From the NCBI RefSeq assembly GCF_009914755.1, contig NC_060927.1: a stretch of 64,000 bases of DNA; one strand, 5' to 3'. The notes beneath the pieces were generated by a model. That model ran no database searches. It was not told the origin of the DNA and worked only from the letters and a program-made list of their open reading frames with translations. The first letter of the stretch is position 1. Every line of letters starts with the position of its first letter. The stretch comes from the human T2T-CHM13v2.0 reference genome, Homo sapiens. Both the position numbers and the translations under genes were made by a program. Shown here piece after piece: positions 25,876-43,529 of the stretch.

Positions 25876-26258
25876 TGTTCAAAGAAAAACCTTAGACAAA
25901 GCAACTTTGCAGAGTTTAACTGGGCAAAAGAATTATTTGTGAATTGGGCAGCCTCCAGAGCCAGAGTAGACTCAGAGGCTCCAGCACAGCCACGTGGTGG
26001 AAAAAGATTTATGGACAGAAAAAGGAAAGTGACGGACAGAAAACCAAAAAGAGATACACAAAAAGCTGGATTGGTTACAGCCCAGCCTTATTTGAACACT
26101 GTTTAACAGCTTGATTAGCCAAAACTCGGTGATTGGTGCAAGAGTAGGTTACAGTGTTTATCTCTCCATTTAGGTTATAGTTCACTATGTACAGAGAAAC
26201 CTTTAGTTCAAACTTAAAATATGTAAGGAGGAAACTTTAGGTTAAACTTGGTTTAACA
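25876..26258 (-). mobile_element. MER57 LTR
   Basis: Reverse complement TGTTAAACCAAGTTTAACCTAAAG...CCTCCTTACATATTTTAAGTT. Confidence 0.78.
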
Positions 26259-27261
26259 GGTCATATACAAAGAAACTATAATAATGAAGAATCTAAGCAG
26301 TGTTAATATAGAAATATGTATAAAAGTGGAGTGGCATAATCAAGGCAGAAATTTATTCTGAACTCATATCACAGTTCAGAGGTAAAGTCCAGAGCAAGAA
26401 TGGCAGCTCTGGGAACCTCATCACACAGCTTCCAACCCAGAATTCAAGGTGGCAGCCAGGTCCCCCGATCATGTCTGCACCTGTCCATGGGGAAGAAGGG
26501 AATGGGAAAGGCCATTGGCTGCTGATTCCTTCCAGGCATAATCCGAAAGTGGAAAATATCATTTCAACTCAACACTCCACTGGCCGAACTTAGTTACATG
26601 TCCATAAAGTGCTGCAAGGAGGGCTAGGGAATGTCATCTCCAGCCAGGCTAAAAGTTAGGCATTATTTTACTAAGGAAAAAAATGGATACTGAAAGAGAA
26701 ATAGAAGCCTCTGCCACAAATAGGAATCAAAACAGAATCATATTTCTTCACAGCATCACTGTGATACTAGTAGTCAATGAAATAATGTCTTCATTGTTTG
26801 GTGGGTAAAAGACACTTACCCTAGAATGCCATTTTAGTCTGTTATCAAAAGTGAGTTTCAGTAAGGCAATAAGACATAAACAGAGAGTTTTCTGAAAATT
26901 ACTGAATGGTGTGCTCTAATTAAACACAGAGTAATCCAAGAAAGAGGAGTACAGCGGGTCTAAGAAGGAGGCCTGGAGGGCAAATAGTGCAGGCTGACAG
27001 ATGGATGGCTCTGGGAAGGAAGTCTCCAGGAAAAAATGAAATCAATAAATTACCTAATAAATTTGTATTTGATCATTTGTGAACAACTACTAGCAGACAT
27101 ATACTAGATCCAGTGAAAACAAGTAGGGAAAAATAACCTGTAAGGATAAAAAGATGAATAGTATATGGGTAAAAAATGCAAAGGCAATCATCAAGTCGGC
27201 GGGGGTGTGGGGAGAGCACACTAGAGAAAATTTAATTATAGAACATGATCTGGCACTATAG

Positions 27262-27587
<326 letters not shown>

Positions 27588-28021
27588 CACTAAATATATT
27601 TTCATGACACAATGATGTAGACTGATCGCTGAATTAACCCAGAGCTGTGGCATAACTGGAAATGGAGAAGAGAGGGAGAGGGAATGTGTGCATGGGAAGG
27701 GTGAGTGTTGGAGAAGTAAAGTGTCACTTACTATTCTAGGAAGCCTAAAAATCAAGAGGTAGCAGAACACTCCACTTTATTTATAATAAGCAAAATATAA
27801 TTTACACTAAATAGAGAATATTTTTGCCTATTCTGTTGAAAACCCAAAAGTTCAAAGTACACTCCCTCAGCAAGGCCGTGGGAAAGCAGTCATGCCCACA
27901 CATTGCTGGTAAGAATGCACACTGGCCTAGCCCCTGGGGAGGTCCATGCAGCCATACCTCTCAAAATGACAAACGTGTACACCCCATGACCCAACAGTTC
28001 CATTCTGGACATTTATCTTAG

Positions 28022-28362
28022 TGTATTAGTGTGTTCTCATGCTGCTGATAAAGACATACCCAAGACTGTGTAATTTATAAAGAAAAAGAGTTTTAACAGA
28101 CTCACAGTTCCACGTGACTGGGGAGGTCTCACAATCAAGGTGGAAGGCAGGTGGCATGTCTTACATGGTGGCAGACAAGAGAGAAAACTTGTGCAGGGAA
28201 ACTCCCCTTTGTAAAACCATCAGATCTCATGAGTCTCATTCACTATCCCGAGAACAGCACAGGAAAGATCTGCCCCCATGATTCCCACTGGGTCCCTCCC
28301 ATGACATGTGGGAGCTACAATTCAAGGTGAGATTTGGGTGGGGACACAGCCAAACCATATCA
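28022..28362 (-). mobile_element. THE1B solo LTR
   Basis: TGTATTAGT...AAACCATATCA with perfect TSD CTTAG. Confidence 0.9.
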
Positions 28363-28376
28363 CTTAGCAACACACT

Positions 28377-29191
28377 TGAAACAGGAAAAGTTCCCTTGTC
28401 CCCCTCACAGGGCATGTGATGGGGGTGTGGCTCACTTCTTCAGTATCCTGCTGTTCAAACCTCTAGGGGAGCATACAGTCAGTGAGGCTGTGGGTCTCCA
28501 ACCCCACAGCAGTGTCTAGGGGCATGTACAGCTGAAGCCCCAGTGGGCGTGTGTTAACAGGCTGCTCTTTTAGTTTAGCCGTCCATAGGCAGCTTGTGTT
28601 AGTCAGCTCAATTAGACCCCTGCCTTATGGCAAGGACAGAGGCTATCAGTATCCCAGGCCTCTTGCCTTGGTGTACCAGAAGAATCAGATCACACATGGG
28701 CTTGGAGAATGAGTGCAAGGTTTTATTGAGTGGAAGTAGCCCTCAGCAGATGGGGCAGCCAAAAGGGAGATGGTTTTCCCCTGGAATCAGGCTGCTTGGC
28801 ATCTTGGGCTCTCCTCCAGCTACCCTGGACAAACTCTGCCTCGTTCCACCAGTCGATGGCATGCAAGTGTGCTGGCGTCTGTCGTGTGCTCTTCCGCTGG
28901 CATGCTCCTCTCAATGTCCTCTTGACGTCCAGCCACTTGTGTCTTCTTCCACCGATGTGTTCCTCACAACATCCAGTGGCTTGTGTGTGTGGCTGCTAGG
29001 GTCTCAGGGTTTTTATCGGCACAGGATGGGAGCATGGCAGGCCAGGGAGGTCTTGGGAAATGCAACATTTGCATGCAAAGGCAGGAATGCCTGTCCTCAC
29101 CTAGCTCCTTGGGCACAGGCCTGGAGGTGGAGCCCTAGCCAGGGGCCATGCCCTCCTCTACCCAACACTTCCCTGCCCCCCTTCCATATCA
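28377..29191 (-). mobile_element. LTR1-family solo LTR
   Basis: Reverse complement TGATATGGAAGGGGGGCAGGGAAGTGTTGGGTAGAG...GGACAAGGGAACTTTTCCTGTTTCA. Confidence 0.75.
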
Positions 29192-29315
29192 GTGTCATAC
29201 ATGGGCAAAATAACATCTGTATGTGTTTATTCACTGCAGCATTTTTTATAAAGAAAATATTGGAAATTATGCAAATGTCCATCAGCTTTTAAAAAAGAAT
29301 AAGGGTGTTTTTGAA

Positions 29316-29656
29316 TATGTTTGCTATAACAAACAACCTTAGACTGGATGGCTTAAACAACAAACATTTATTTCTCATGGTTCAGTGACTGGAAGTCTGA
29401 GATCAGGGTGCTAGTATGAGCAGGTTCTTGGTGAGAGCCCAAGAGGTCATGTCCTCACGTGGCCTTTCTTTGGTGGTGCACACAGACAGGAAGGAAGCTC
29501 TCTCATGTCTCTTCATACAAGGGCACTAATCCCATCATGAGTGCTCCATCCTCATGATCTACTTACCTCCCAAAAGCCCCATCTCTAAATACCATCACAC
29601 TGTGGATTGGGTTTTCAACATATAATTTGGGAAGACACAAACATTCAATCCACAGT
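29316..29656 (-). mobile_element. MLT1A/B-like MaLR LTR
   Basis: ggcttaaacaacaaacatttatttctca...gggcactaatcccatcatgag...gacacaaacattca. Confidence 0.75.
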
Positions 29657-30500
29657 AGATGCTCTCTGTATTTATTGAAATGGCATGATTATCTTCTTAG
29701 CTGAAAAAAGTAAGCTGCAGAACAGTGTGTATATGACATCATCATCTGCGCTGTTCACCAGCTTCCCTGGACTCCTGGGCACAAGATAAGTTCCCACTTC
29801 CCTGCCCCTTTGTGTGATGGTTACTATGGGACTGAATGAAGGGGGATGAATGCAGAAATGAAAACTTAAGACAAAAGAGTCTGTTTTAAAGAAGGTGTCA
29901 GGGGGCTCCTTGTTTCTAGTGAGCAAGGGCCTTGAGCTTCCACAGCCCTTCCACAGTATAGGTAATAATACTATTACTATAAATTTATTGGGTAGAAAGA
30001 GCAGGGAGGAGGAGGTAATGATTAGTCAGCTGCTTGATTGATCACAGGTTCACATTATTGATAACAGGCTTCAGATGTGCCTAATCACAAGAAACCCTGC
30101 GCCTGGGGCATGACTGCCCTCAGCGTTTCTTCTGGGCAGCAGATGCAGTTTGTCAGTTTGCCAACATCCTGCTTTCATGAGAAGAGTTTGCTGTTTACTC
30201 ATATAGCCTCCAGTGGTAAACTGAGTTTATCACGACCCTCATTCTTTTGGCCTCCAACATCTCCCTCTTTTTGTTTTTGCATTAACTGAATAAGATCTGT
30301 CCCTATGTTATGGGGGTTGATGTCAGCGTGACTCCGGTCAGTCCTTGCTCTGTCTTCTCGCATTCAGATTCAACTGGCTCATGGCTCATACTGGGGGAAC
30401 CAGGCCTGTGCTTGGGATCCGTAGGTCCCTCCAGTCTACCGTTCCATGGTCGCACACACCTTGAGGGTACCCACAAGGTTTGTCCGTCTCCTATAAAAAC

Positions 30501-30884
30501 TCAAGCATACCCTTGTCCCCATGTTAGTAAATCCACTGAAAACTTTCCACTGATAATGAGAGACAGGCTCTTTCTGATTAACAGAAGGCGCAGAGAAAGC
30601 AAATCGAGGCCTATCCTTCTTGTGCAATAGTATAACAACAACAACAAAAAATCCTTAAAATCTATCACTATGAGAAGCCTGTCCCTCGGAATGGCCGCGG
30701 GGGATGGCAGACCCTGCTGCAATGCACCCACTGGTTTAATCTGTGCATTAATAGCTCTCAAATCATGTAGCAATCGCCACCTTCCTGACTTTTTTGGAAT
30801 CACAAATACTGGTATCAGTTTATCCTGTGATAAAGGCCATTGCTCCACCCATACAGGTTTGTTAGTCAGCCACTCTAATGGCAA
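30501..30884 (-). pseudogene. pol: HML-6 RT N-terminal fragment joined to the integrase C-terminus by deletions
   Basis: [38 protein letters not shown], then [10 protein letters not shown]. Confidence 0.85.
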
Positions 30885-31087
30885 AGCAGTGGGTGGAGGA
30901 GGAATATCAATGACCCTCGTCAGAAATCCTGACGACTTAGCCCTTTTCTATCTGTCTGTTCAGTTATTGATAATGATTCAGGGTTTCCTTGGAGGGGCTT
31001 TCCTAAGACATTTCTGCTCTGAGATCCCATTTTCTTTAACATTGTAAATCCTAGATTATCAATAGTTTCATTTGTAAGTCTCATATC

Positions 31088-31348
31088 TCATGCTGTAAGT
31101 AAATCTTGACCCCATAGATTAACAGCTATATTTGCAACATAACGTTGAAAAGTACATGACTGTCCATCCACTCCAAGACAGGGCAAAATCGCAGCTCTCT
31201 GTTGAACACTTTGAGCTGTTCCTACTCCCACTAGGGATGTAGAAGTTAATTGCAGAGGCCAGGACGGGGGCCAATTGTTTTTAGATATTACTGACACATC
31301 AGCTCCCATATCCATAAGCCCATAAAACTTCTTTCCTTTAATTTGCAC
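31088..31348 (-). pseudogene. pro: Betaretroviral protease (DTG mutated to DMG)
   Basis: GLMDMGADVSVI...NLWGQDLL. Confidence 0.88.
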
Positions 31349-31399
31349 TGTACAGTGGGTCTATTAGATGCTATGGGTTGTGATAGATAAATTTCCCTC

Positions 31400-31745
31400 C
31401 TAGTTGTACTCCCAAATCCTTTATTCTCTCATTTCTCCTTAAGTGGAGAAGGGTGTAATTTACAGGGAATAAGCAACAGTCAAGCAATACATTCTCCCGG
31501 TTCAAAAACCCAAAGATCTTGTGACATCACCATCACCTGAATTTCTCCTTCATAATTCAAATCAACAACTCCTGGGACTACAGTAATGCCCTGTAGGTTA
31601 AGATGACTTTTGCCTAAAATTAATCCCATACATCCTGTTGGCAAGGGTCCCCAAATACCAGTGGGAATATTGGCGAGTTTGTCTCCTCCAACTAATGCAA
31701 CCCATTCTCTGACTGGGAGATCTAATCCTGTACTTCCAGGTGTTC
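31400..31745 (-). pseudogene. Retroviral dUTPase, disrupted by stops before motif V
   Basis: TPGSTGLDL, IPTGIWGPLP, GKSHL, PGVVDLNYEGEI, then GFGS after the stops. Confidence 0.88.
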
Positions 31746-32297
31746 TTAAGCCTTTTGTACATCTCACAGATGCCAGTGCACATTTACAATCCATGTTTGC
31801 ATCCCCAAAAGCCAAAGCCAATGCTAGCATTTCTGCAGCCACAGAAGAAGACAGTACAAGCCAATTATCATCCTCCCTCTCCTGTTCACCATTTTCAATA
31901 GGTGCTGTGGGTAGGGCAAAAGACTCTCTCAAATTTTCAGAACATAACTCCTGCTGTCCCACTAAATAAGAAGGAAACAATGGCAAAGAACAGCATGGGC
32001 CAAACTCCAAACAAAAACAGAAAGAATAGATAAATTCTGCCCCATGTTACCTTGATTCAGAAACTTCCCATTCCCAGTACCTCTTTAGGACACTGACCTT
32101 ATATCAGCTGCCGGCAGACTCGTCCCGGGGTTTCTCGTTCATCTGGTCAGTTTTACTTTCTCTGCTCCAGCAGACCTTCTTCATTCATGTCCCTGTATGT
32201 CCCTGTCGGTTCCTGTTAGTCCCTGCAAGTCTCTTCTAGTTCCTATTTTTCCCTATTGTCTCTATTTTTCTCTATTTATCTCTATTTGTCCCTGCAG

Positions 32298-32315
32298 GTC
32301 CCTGTTTAGGCACCA
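32298..32315 (-). promoter_or_regulatory. tRNA-Lys3 primer-binding site (CpG-decayed)
   Basis: TGGTGCCTAAACAGGGAC versus canonical TGGCGCCCGAACAGGGAC. Confidence 0.85.
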
Positions 32316-32715
32316 CTTGTGATGGTTACTATGGGACTGAACAAAGGGGGATGAATGCAGAAATGAAAAACAAAAACAAAATAATCTGTTTTAAAGAAGG
32401 GGTCAGGGGGCTCCTTGCTTCTAGTGAGCAAGGGCCTTGAGCTTCCACAGCCCTTCGTATTTATTGGGTAGAAAGAGCAGGGAGGAGGAGGTAACAATTG
32501 GTCAGCTGCTTGACTAATCACAGGTTCACATGTGCCTAATCACAAGAAACACTGCTCCTCGGGCATGACCACCCTCAGCATTCCTTCTGGGTGGCAGATG
32601 CAGTTTGTCAGTTTGCCAACATCCTGCTTTCACGAGAACAGTTTGCTGTTTATTCATATAGCCTCTAGAGGTATACTGAGTTTATCATGACCCTTATTCT
32701 TTCGGTCTCCAACAC

Positions 32716-32912
32716 CTTTAATCTGTCAGGTCCGTGTAACATGCTTTGGTCAATGAACCGGAGCAGAGGAGATATGCGTCAACTCCGGGAGAAAGGCTTT
32801 CAGGGCCAGTGAGGCTTTAATCTGTCAGGTCCATGTAACATGCTTTGGTCAATGAACTGGAGCAGAGGAGATATGGGTCAACTCTGGGAGAAAGGCTTTC
32901 AGGGCCAGTGAG
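32716..32912. repeat. Tandem duplication, 99-bp period, 2 copies
   Basis: ctttaatctgtcaggtcc...cagggccagtgag at 32716 and 32815, 4 mismatches. Confidence 0.95.
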
Positions 32913-33166
32913 TGATTAGTCATGTTCCCTGCCCACTCCCATCACAAACATGACCCTCCAGATGGTAGACACTCAGTTGGTTTGCAATCCTGGGTGAGGA
33001 AAATGTGAATCCCCAGCCAGCCCAGGATGGACACACAGCATGTGGGAGAAAGAAGCCATGAAGATGCATGAATTTTTTGTTATTGCAACATATTCTCCTT
33101 TATTGTGACTGGTACAGGCTAGTATAGCACCTTTTGTGTAAAAAAAGAAAAGGGCAGAAAAATTAA

Positions 33167-34010
<844 letters not shown>

Positions 34011-34954
34011 CTAAATGTATAATGGTATTTTCTCATATGCAGGCATACACAAAAAACAAATAATAGTGGTTACCTGAGAAATGGAGTTGGGTAGGAATTG
34101 GATAGAGGACAAGAGGAAGAGAACTGCTCTTTACTGTACATCTTTTTATATGTTCCATTTTAGAACAATGTGATTTCATTACTTATTCAGACACTTTAAT
34201 TTAAAAAAATAAATAGAAGCATAAGGACATTATGTAGAAATATGGAAGTAAATACCAGAAGAAATATTGAAAGTGGTTGTTTCTAAGGAGTAGAATCTGG
34301 ACAGAGGGTTGCTGCTTTCCATTTAGTATTTACTATTTCCACTTAGATTTAGTAGTTGGTACTAGATCATTTTAAAAACCACGTGCATGTACTAGATTTT
34401 TGATTTTTAAAAATTAAGAGAAAAAACCCCAGAGAGTGACCAACCAAACGTCATGTGAAGCAATATTGCAAGGGCTAAATTTTATCCACGTCTCATATGT
34501 TGAGAAGTGACATAAGAATATAAATTTTTGAACTGCTCCAAAATGCCAATCTTTTACAAATTAAATCACATCTCTTATACTTGCAGGTCATTCATGGAAA
34601 ACTGCAATCAGTCTTGAATGCTGTCTGGCATAAAATATAAAGCAAGGATTGGTATCTGATTTCATAGTTTAGAAAAGAGGAAAACCAGAAAAGCCACAGA
34701 TACTTTTGCTTTTGCCAAGAAGGCAACTTCTGCCTCAAAACATCCTCTGTCCTATCCCCCTCCCACCACCACCTACCTAGCTGTCCAAGTAAAAAATCTG
34801 AAAGTCATCGTTAACTCTCCCCAACATTGCCAGATCTGGTGGGTTCTACCTATAGTCCTGGATCACTTAGGTTCAAATGCTAGATCCTATAGGTTCTTCC
34901 TTTAACTGGTCCACTTTTTTCCATCCCTTTTGTATGCAACAGCCTCTTACTTAA

Positions 34955-35322
<368 letters not shown>

Positions 35323-35493
35323 AAGAGTAATCTTTTAAAAACAAATATGGCTACCTCACTCACCAACCTAAACACTTCAATATTCCCTCAGTGTCTCCAA
35401 AAGAAAATCAAAAGCTCTATGACAGAAGCCTGCATTATCTGGCCTCCACCAAACTGTCTGCCTTATCTGTCTTTATTCTGTTTTTCTTAATCC

Positions 35494-36183
<690 letters not shown>

Positions 36184-36259
36184 GTTCATCTGTCTTTATG
36201 GCTTGAATTATCCTCCAACTTATTGAATTTTCATTTTCTCAAAAGAACCGATGACTATT

Positions 36260-36600
36260 TTCATTTTGCCTCCTAACCTTCACCCATGCTGTTCTCTCTG
36301 CTTCAAACACTCTTCCCCGACTTAATTCCTACTCATCCTTCAATTCAGGAATCCAGAAGGTCTTACCTGACACCTTGGGTCCAGGTTGCTGCCCCTCCCA
36401 TTTGTTCTGGCGTCCCTCATCTCTCATCAGGGGAACATAAGGGTGGATAGTTTTGTAGATACCTGCTTTGTTCTTTATCTAGTCTCCCTTCTGGACTGTA
36501 AGTTCCATGAGGGCAGGGACTTTGTTTTCTTCAACATTGTGTCCTTAGCTCCTGGCACATAGTGAGTTCAGTAACTATGTGTTGAATAAACAAATGAAAA
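36260..36600 (+). mobile_element. L2 3' fragment
   Basis: ggactgtaagttccatgagggcagggac...cctggcacatag...gttgaataaa. Confidence 0.7.
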
Positions 36601-36623
36601 AGACAAACTAAAAACCAAGTTCA

Positions 36624-36953
<330 letters not shown>

Positions 36954-37810
36954 TCAAGCAAAAATTCTGAATAGATATGCCTTTCTCTGGTCAGTTACAG
37001 TGCTAAGTCTGGTAAATTCATCTTTAAAACTCCCAAGTTCTCCAAATGATCCAAGCTGGCTGACACCCCAGACATAATCTATAATAATACACAGTGCTGG
37101 GCTAAGAGCTGGCTTCTAAACCAAAAGTAGATTATGGTAGTGTGGTTTATAAAAGAAGCAACAAATTTTCACACTGTCCCAATTTAAGGAACTGGTGAAA
37201 ACGTGCAGTTGCTGGATAAAACCTGGTACACAGACCTCTTGGATAATGTAATAAAGTTTGATGTGAACAGATTACAATTGACACCTGCTACTGCTAAGTG
37301 CCTGGGTCTCTATTTGGGTCTTTCAAGCAGCCAAATCTGCCTTTTATCCATTATGTCTCTATTCCCCAAGGAAGTGAGATAAAAGCCAATATAAGTTTCC
37401 AGAAGGAGGCATTGTTTTCTTCTGCCAAAAATCTGTAATTTATCACTGGACTGTCAATAACAATATTGAAGATGGGTAATTGCATTTGAAACCGCTATAC
37501 CAAGAACAAATGTCACCACCAGAGATTGTATGGTGTGTAATGAGGAAGCAAAGTTGTGATATATGTGGGGTAAGGCAGAATAGATAAAATGTTTCTCTAC
37601 GGTGGTCCAAGTGTATGTTTTACTTGGAATTAGAGAAATAAATGTAACCAATATCAGCCTGTGAAAAAGTTTTCAGTGTCACAGAGAAATAAGAAAAATA
37701 AAGACTTTGGGGGAGTGTTTTCCAAAAAGATAAGTTGTTTTCTTTTAAGTTTTCATTATATGCATCCTTTTCTTATGTTGACTGACATTTTTAATGCGAA
37801 ATGACATCTA

Positions 37811-38165
<355 letters not shown>

Positions 38166-39288
38166 GAGAGAGGAAAAAAATGTATTTGTATATGCATGGA
38201 ATATTCTTGGAAGGATACACAAAGAAATTGGGATTGAGAACAAGGGTTTCTTCAAAGGAGGGAATTGGGCATCTGCTGTAAAAGAAAGGGATTTCACTGT
38301 ATACCTCTTTAAGACTTTTGGGTTTTGAGCCAAATGGATGCATTAATTATTCAAAATATAAGTTAATTAAAGTAAGATTAATAAGATGAATTAAAATAAA
38401 ATAAGATGAAATAAAATGGTAATCGGATATGGTAATAGCTTATGTCCTTACTTGGAGAAAATGGACAAGTCTCTGTCAGACATCAAAAGAATTAAAAATA
38501 TTTTAATCTGTAAAATCCTGAAGTCCTATTTTTAAAAATAAATATCTAACACACTGATATTAAGTAAATATCTTCTCATTTTAGTTAAAGAAGATGCATG
38601 TATCAGTTTGTCCCGTCACTGGCAATGACTTTGACCATGTGGTTAAGGTGGTGTCAGCCAGTTTACTCTACAGTAAAGTTACTGTTTTATCCTTTGTAAA
38701 CAATTTGTGTGGACACTTTAATGCTAAATAAATATCCTGTCCCACATCAAACTTTCGTCACTATTGTTAGCATCCATTGATGATTGTCTAGAGCCATCAT
38801 TCTTTCCATATTTATGGGTTGACATTTGACTTGTTTGTCTGCCTTGTTTGTTTACTTATTTCCCTTCTGCCTTGTTTGTTTACTTGTTTCTTTGAATCGG
38901 TATAGGCTCATGAACTTTTATTCAAAGAGTTTAAATTCATAACTATTATTATTAATTTTAATGCATGCATTGACTCAGATTTGCCTAGTGGGAAATCCTT
39001 TTTTTTTTTTTTTTAATACTATGGACCACAAGACCCTGCTATTTAATCTGGGCTGACTGTGTCTCTGACTGAAATGCTCCTCTCTCTCATACTTACTTAT
39101 TAATTATAGTTTTCTGTTCCTCAAACATGCAGGCTCTGCACTGCCTCGGGGCCTTTACACTAGCAGTCCCCCTCCCTGGAGTTGTCTTCTTCCCACCTTC
39201 CCATGGCAGGCTCCTTCCATGCGTTCAGATGTCTCCTTCTCAGAGAATTTTTCTGGGACCATCTTGTCTAATATAAGACTAATCCCTT

Positions 39289-39585
<297 letters not shown>

Positions 39586-39639
39586 GACTAATTTATCTCT
39601 CACTCTTACTCCCAATCTCATTCTCAGTCTCTCTTTTGT

Positions 39640-39831
<192 letters not shown>

Positions 39832-40034
39832 TCTCCTGTATTTTAGATATCTCCCTCTCTGTTGGCTCCTCCCCAGGACTAGTTCAACATATTCTAGCCT
39901 CCTCCACATGATGTAAAACAAACAAGCACAAAAAAACTAAAATTATTTTGCTACTCTTTAGTTTTGCCTCTCCTTTTCCTCGTGTCCCTAGCTCTCATCT
40001 TCTCACAGCCAAACTTCTAGAAAACACTGTCTAC

Positions 40035-40982
40035 TGCTGCAGTTTGAATGTCTGTGTCTTCTCCAAAATTCATGTTGAAACTTAATCCCCAATTTGATAG
40101 TATTAAGGGGTGGGGCCTTTAGGAGGTGATTAAGTCATGAGGGCTCTAATTGGGAATTATGACTTTATTTGTTTATTTGAGACAGGCTTGCTCTATTGCC
40201 CGGGCTGGAGTGCAGTGACACAATCACTGAAGCCTTAACCTCTTGGCCTCAAGGGAGCCTCCCACCTCAGCCTCCCAAGTAGCTGGGGATATAGGTGTGC
40301 ACCGCCATGCCCAGCTATTTTAAAAATTTTTTTGTAGAGACAAGGTCTTGCCAAGTGGTCCAGGCTGGTTTCAAACTCCTGGGCTCAAGCAATCCTCCCA
40401 TGATAGCCTCCCAAAGTGCTGGGATTATAGTCATGAACCACAGCACCTCGCCAGATTATGACTTCATAAAAGCGATACAGGGAATTAGGCCCTTTTTTTT
40501 TTCCCTCTGCTCTTCCATCATGTGAGGACAAGCAAGAAGGCCTTTACCAGACACTGAATGCCAGCACCTTGACCTGGGACTTTCCAGGTTCCAGAACTAA
40601 GACATAAATTTCTGGGCTGAGCTCGGTGGCTCATGCCTGTAATCCCAGCAGTTTGGGAGGCCAAGGCAGGCAGATCACTTAAGGCCAAGAGTTTGAGACC
40701 AGCCTGGCCAACATGGTGAAACCCTCTCTCTACTAAAAATACAAAAATAGCCAGGCATAATGGTACAAGCCTGCAATCCCAGCTACTCAGGAGGCTGAAA
40801 CACGAGAACCACTTGAACCTGAGAGATGGAGGTTGCAGTGAGCCAAGATCCTGCCATTGCACTCCAGCCTGGGCGACAAAGGGAGACCCTGTCTCAAAAA
40901 AAAGCAAACAAACAAAAAAATTCTGTTCTTTATAAATTGCCTGGTTTCAGGTATTTTGTTACAGCAGCACAAACAGAGTAAG
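40035..40982 (+). mobile_element. MLT1A/MST-like LTR interrupted by Alus at 40164-40453 (-) and 40615-40920 (+)
   Basis: gtttgaatgtctgtgtc...aaattcatgttgaaac...ggtattttgttacagcagcac. Confidence 0.8.
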
Positions 40983-41330
40983 ATATCTGTACTTTCTCAA
41001 GCCTCACTTCCCTACCTTCCATTTATTTATACCTCCACCCACCACACAATGAGTTTATGCTCTGCCCCAAAACTGAAAGTGACTTACTCTGACCAGATAC
41101 AGAAAAAAACAGGCCTGTGGCTAGCCCATATATTGCTTTCATATGGACTGGAAAAACATTTCCCTTTTTCAAGACGCTTGCTTCCATCTATCAGAAAATA
41201 GTCATCTTAGGTATACCAATCTGCAATGTCTGCAATGTGCATGGTGCCTGCTGGTGTTGTGCAGTGTGCTACCTGCACAACCATATGAGGACCCTACCAA
41301 CATCCTCCAAGCCCGAAAGATACATTACAC

Positions 41331-41781
<451 letters not shown>

Positions 41782-41789
41782 CTAGTTTT

Positions 41790-43400
<1,611 letters not shown>

Positions 43401-43529
43401 GTTGATAAGTGCAGGATATGAATCCAAAAATTCTGGTCCTGACTCACCACTGGACCCTTGGAAAGTGTTTATTAGTGTTGCTGTACCTTAGTGTCCTCAC
43501 TTGTAATACGAATATATAATATAGAGCAT

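Larger units (their letters stand above)
29813..32714 (-). mobile_element. Internally deleted HERV-K(HML-6)/HERVK3 provirus, 2.9 kb, LTR3-type LTRs (5' LTR 32318-32714, 3' LTR 29813-30259)
   Basis: Paired TG...CA LTRs, 6-bp TSD CCTTTG/CCTTTA, PPT 30260-30272, Lys3-type PBS, dUTPase/protease/RT fragments. Confidence 0.9.
29750..33115 (+). mobile_element. Old LTR16-like element split by the HML-6 insertion (pieces ~29750-29812 and ~32715-33115)
   Basis: cacttccctgccccttt...tttggtcaatgaac.ggagcagag continues across the provirus. Confidence 0.5.

Noticed and set aside
28627-29292. 221-aa ORF
   Set aside because: Lies antisense within a GC-rich LTR1-family element and has no recognisable domain
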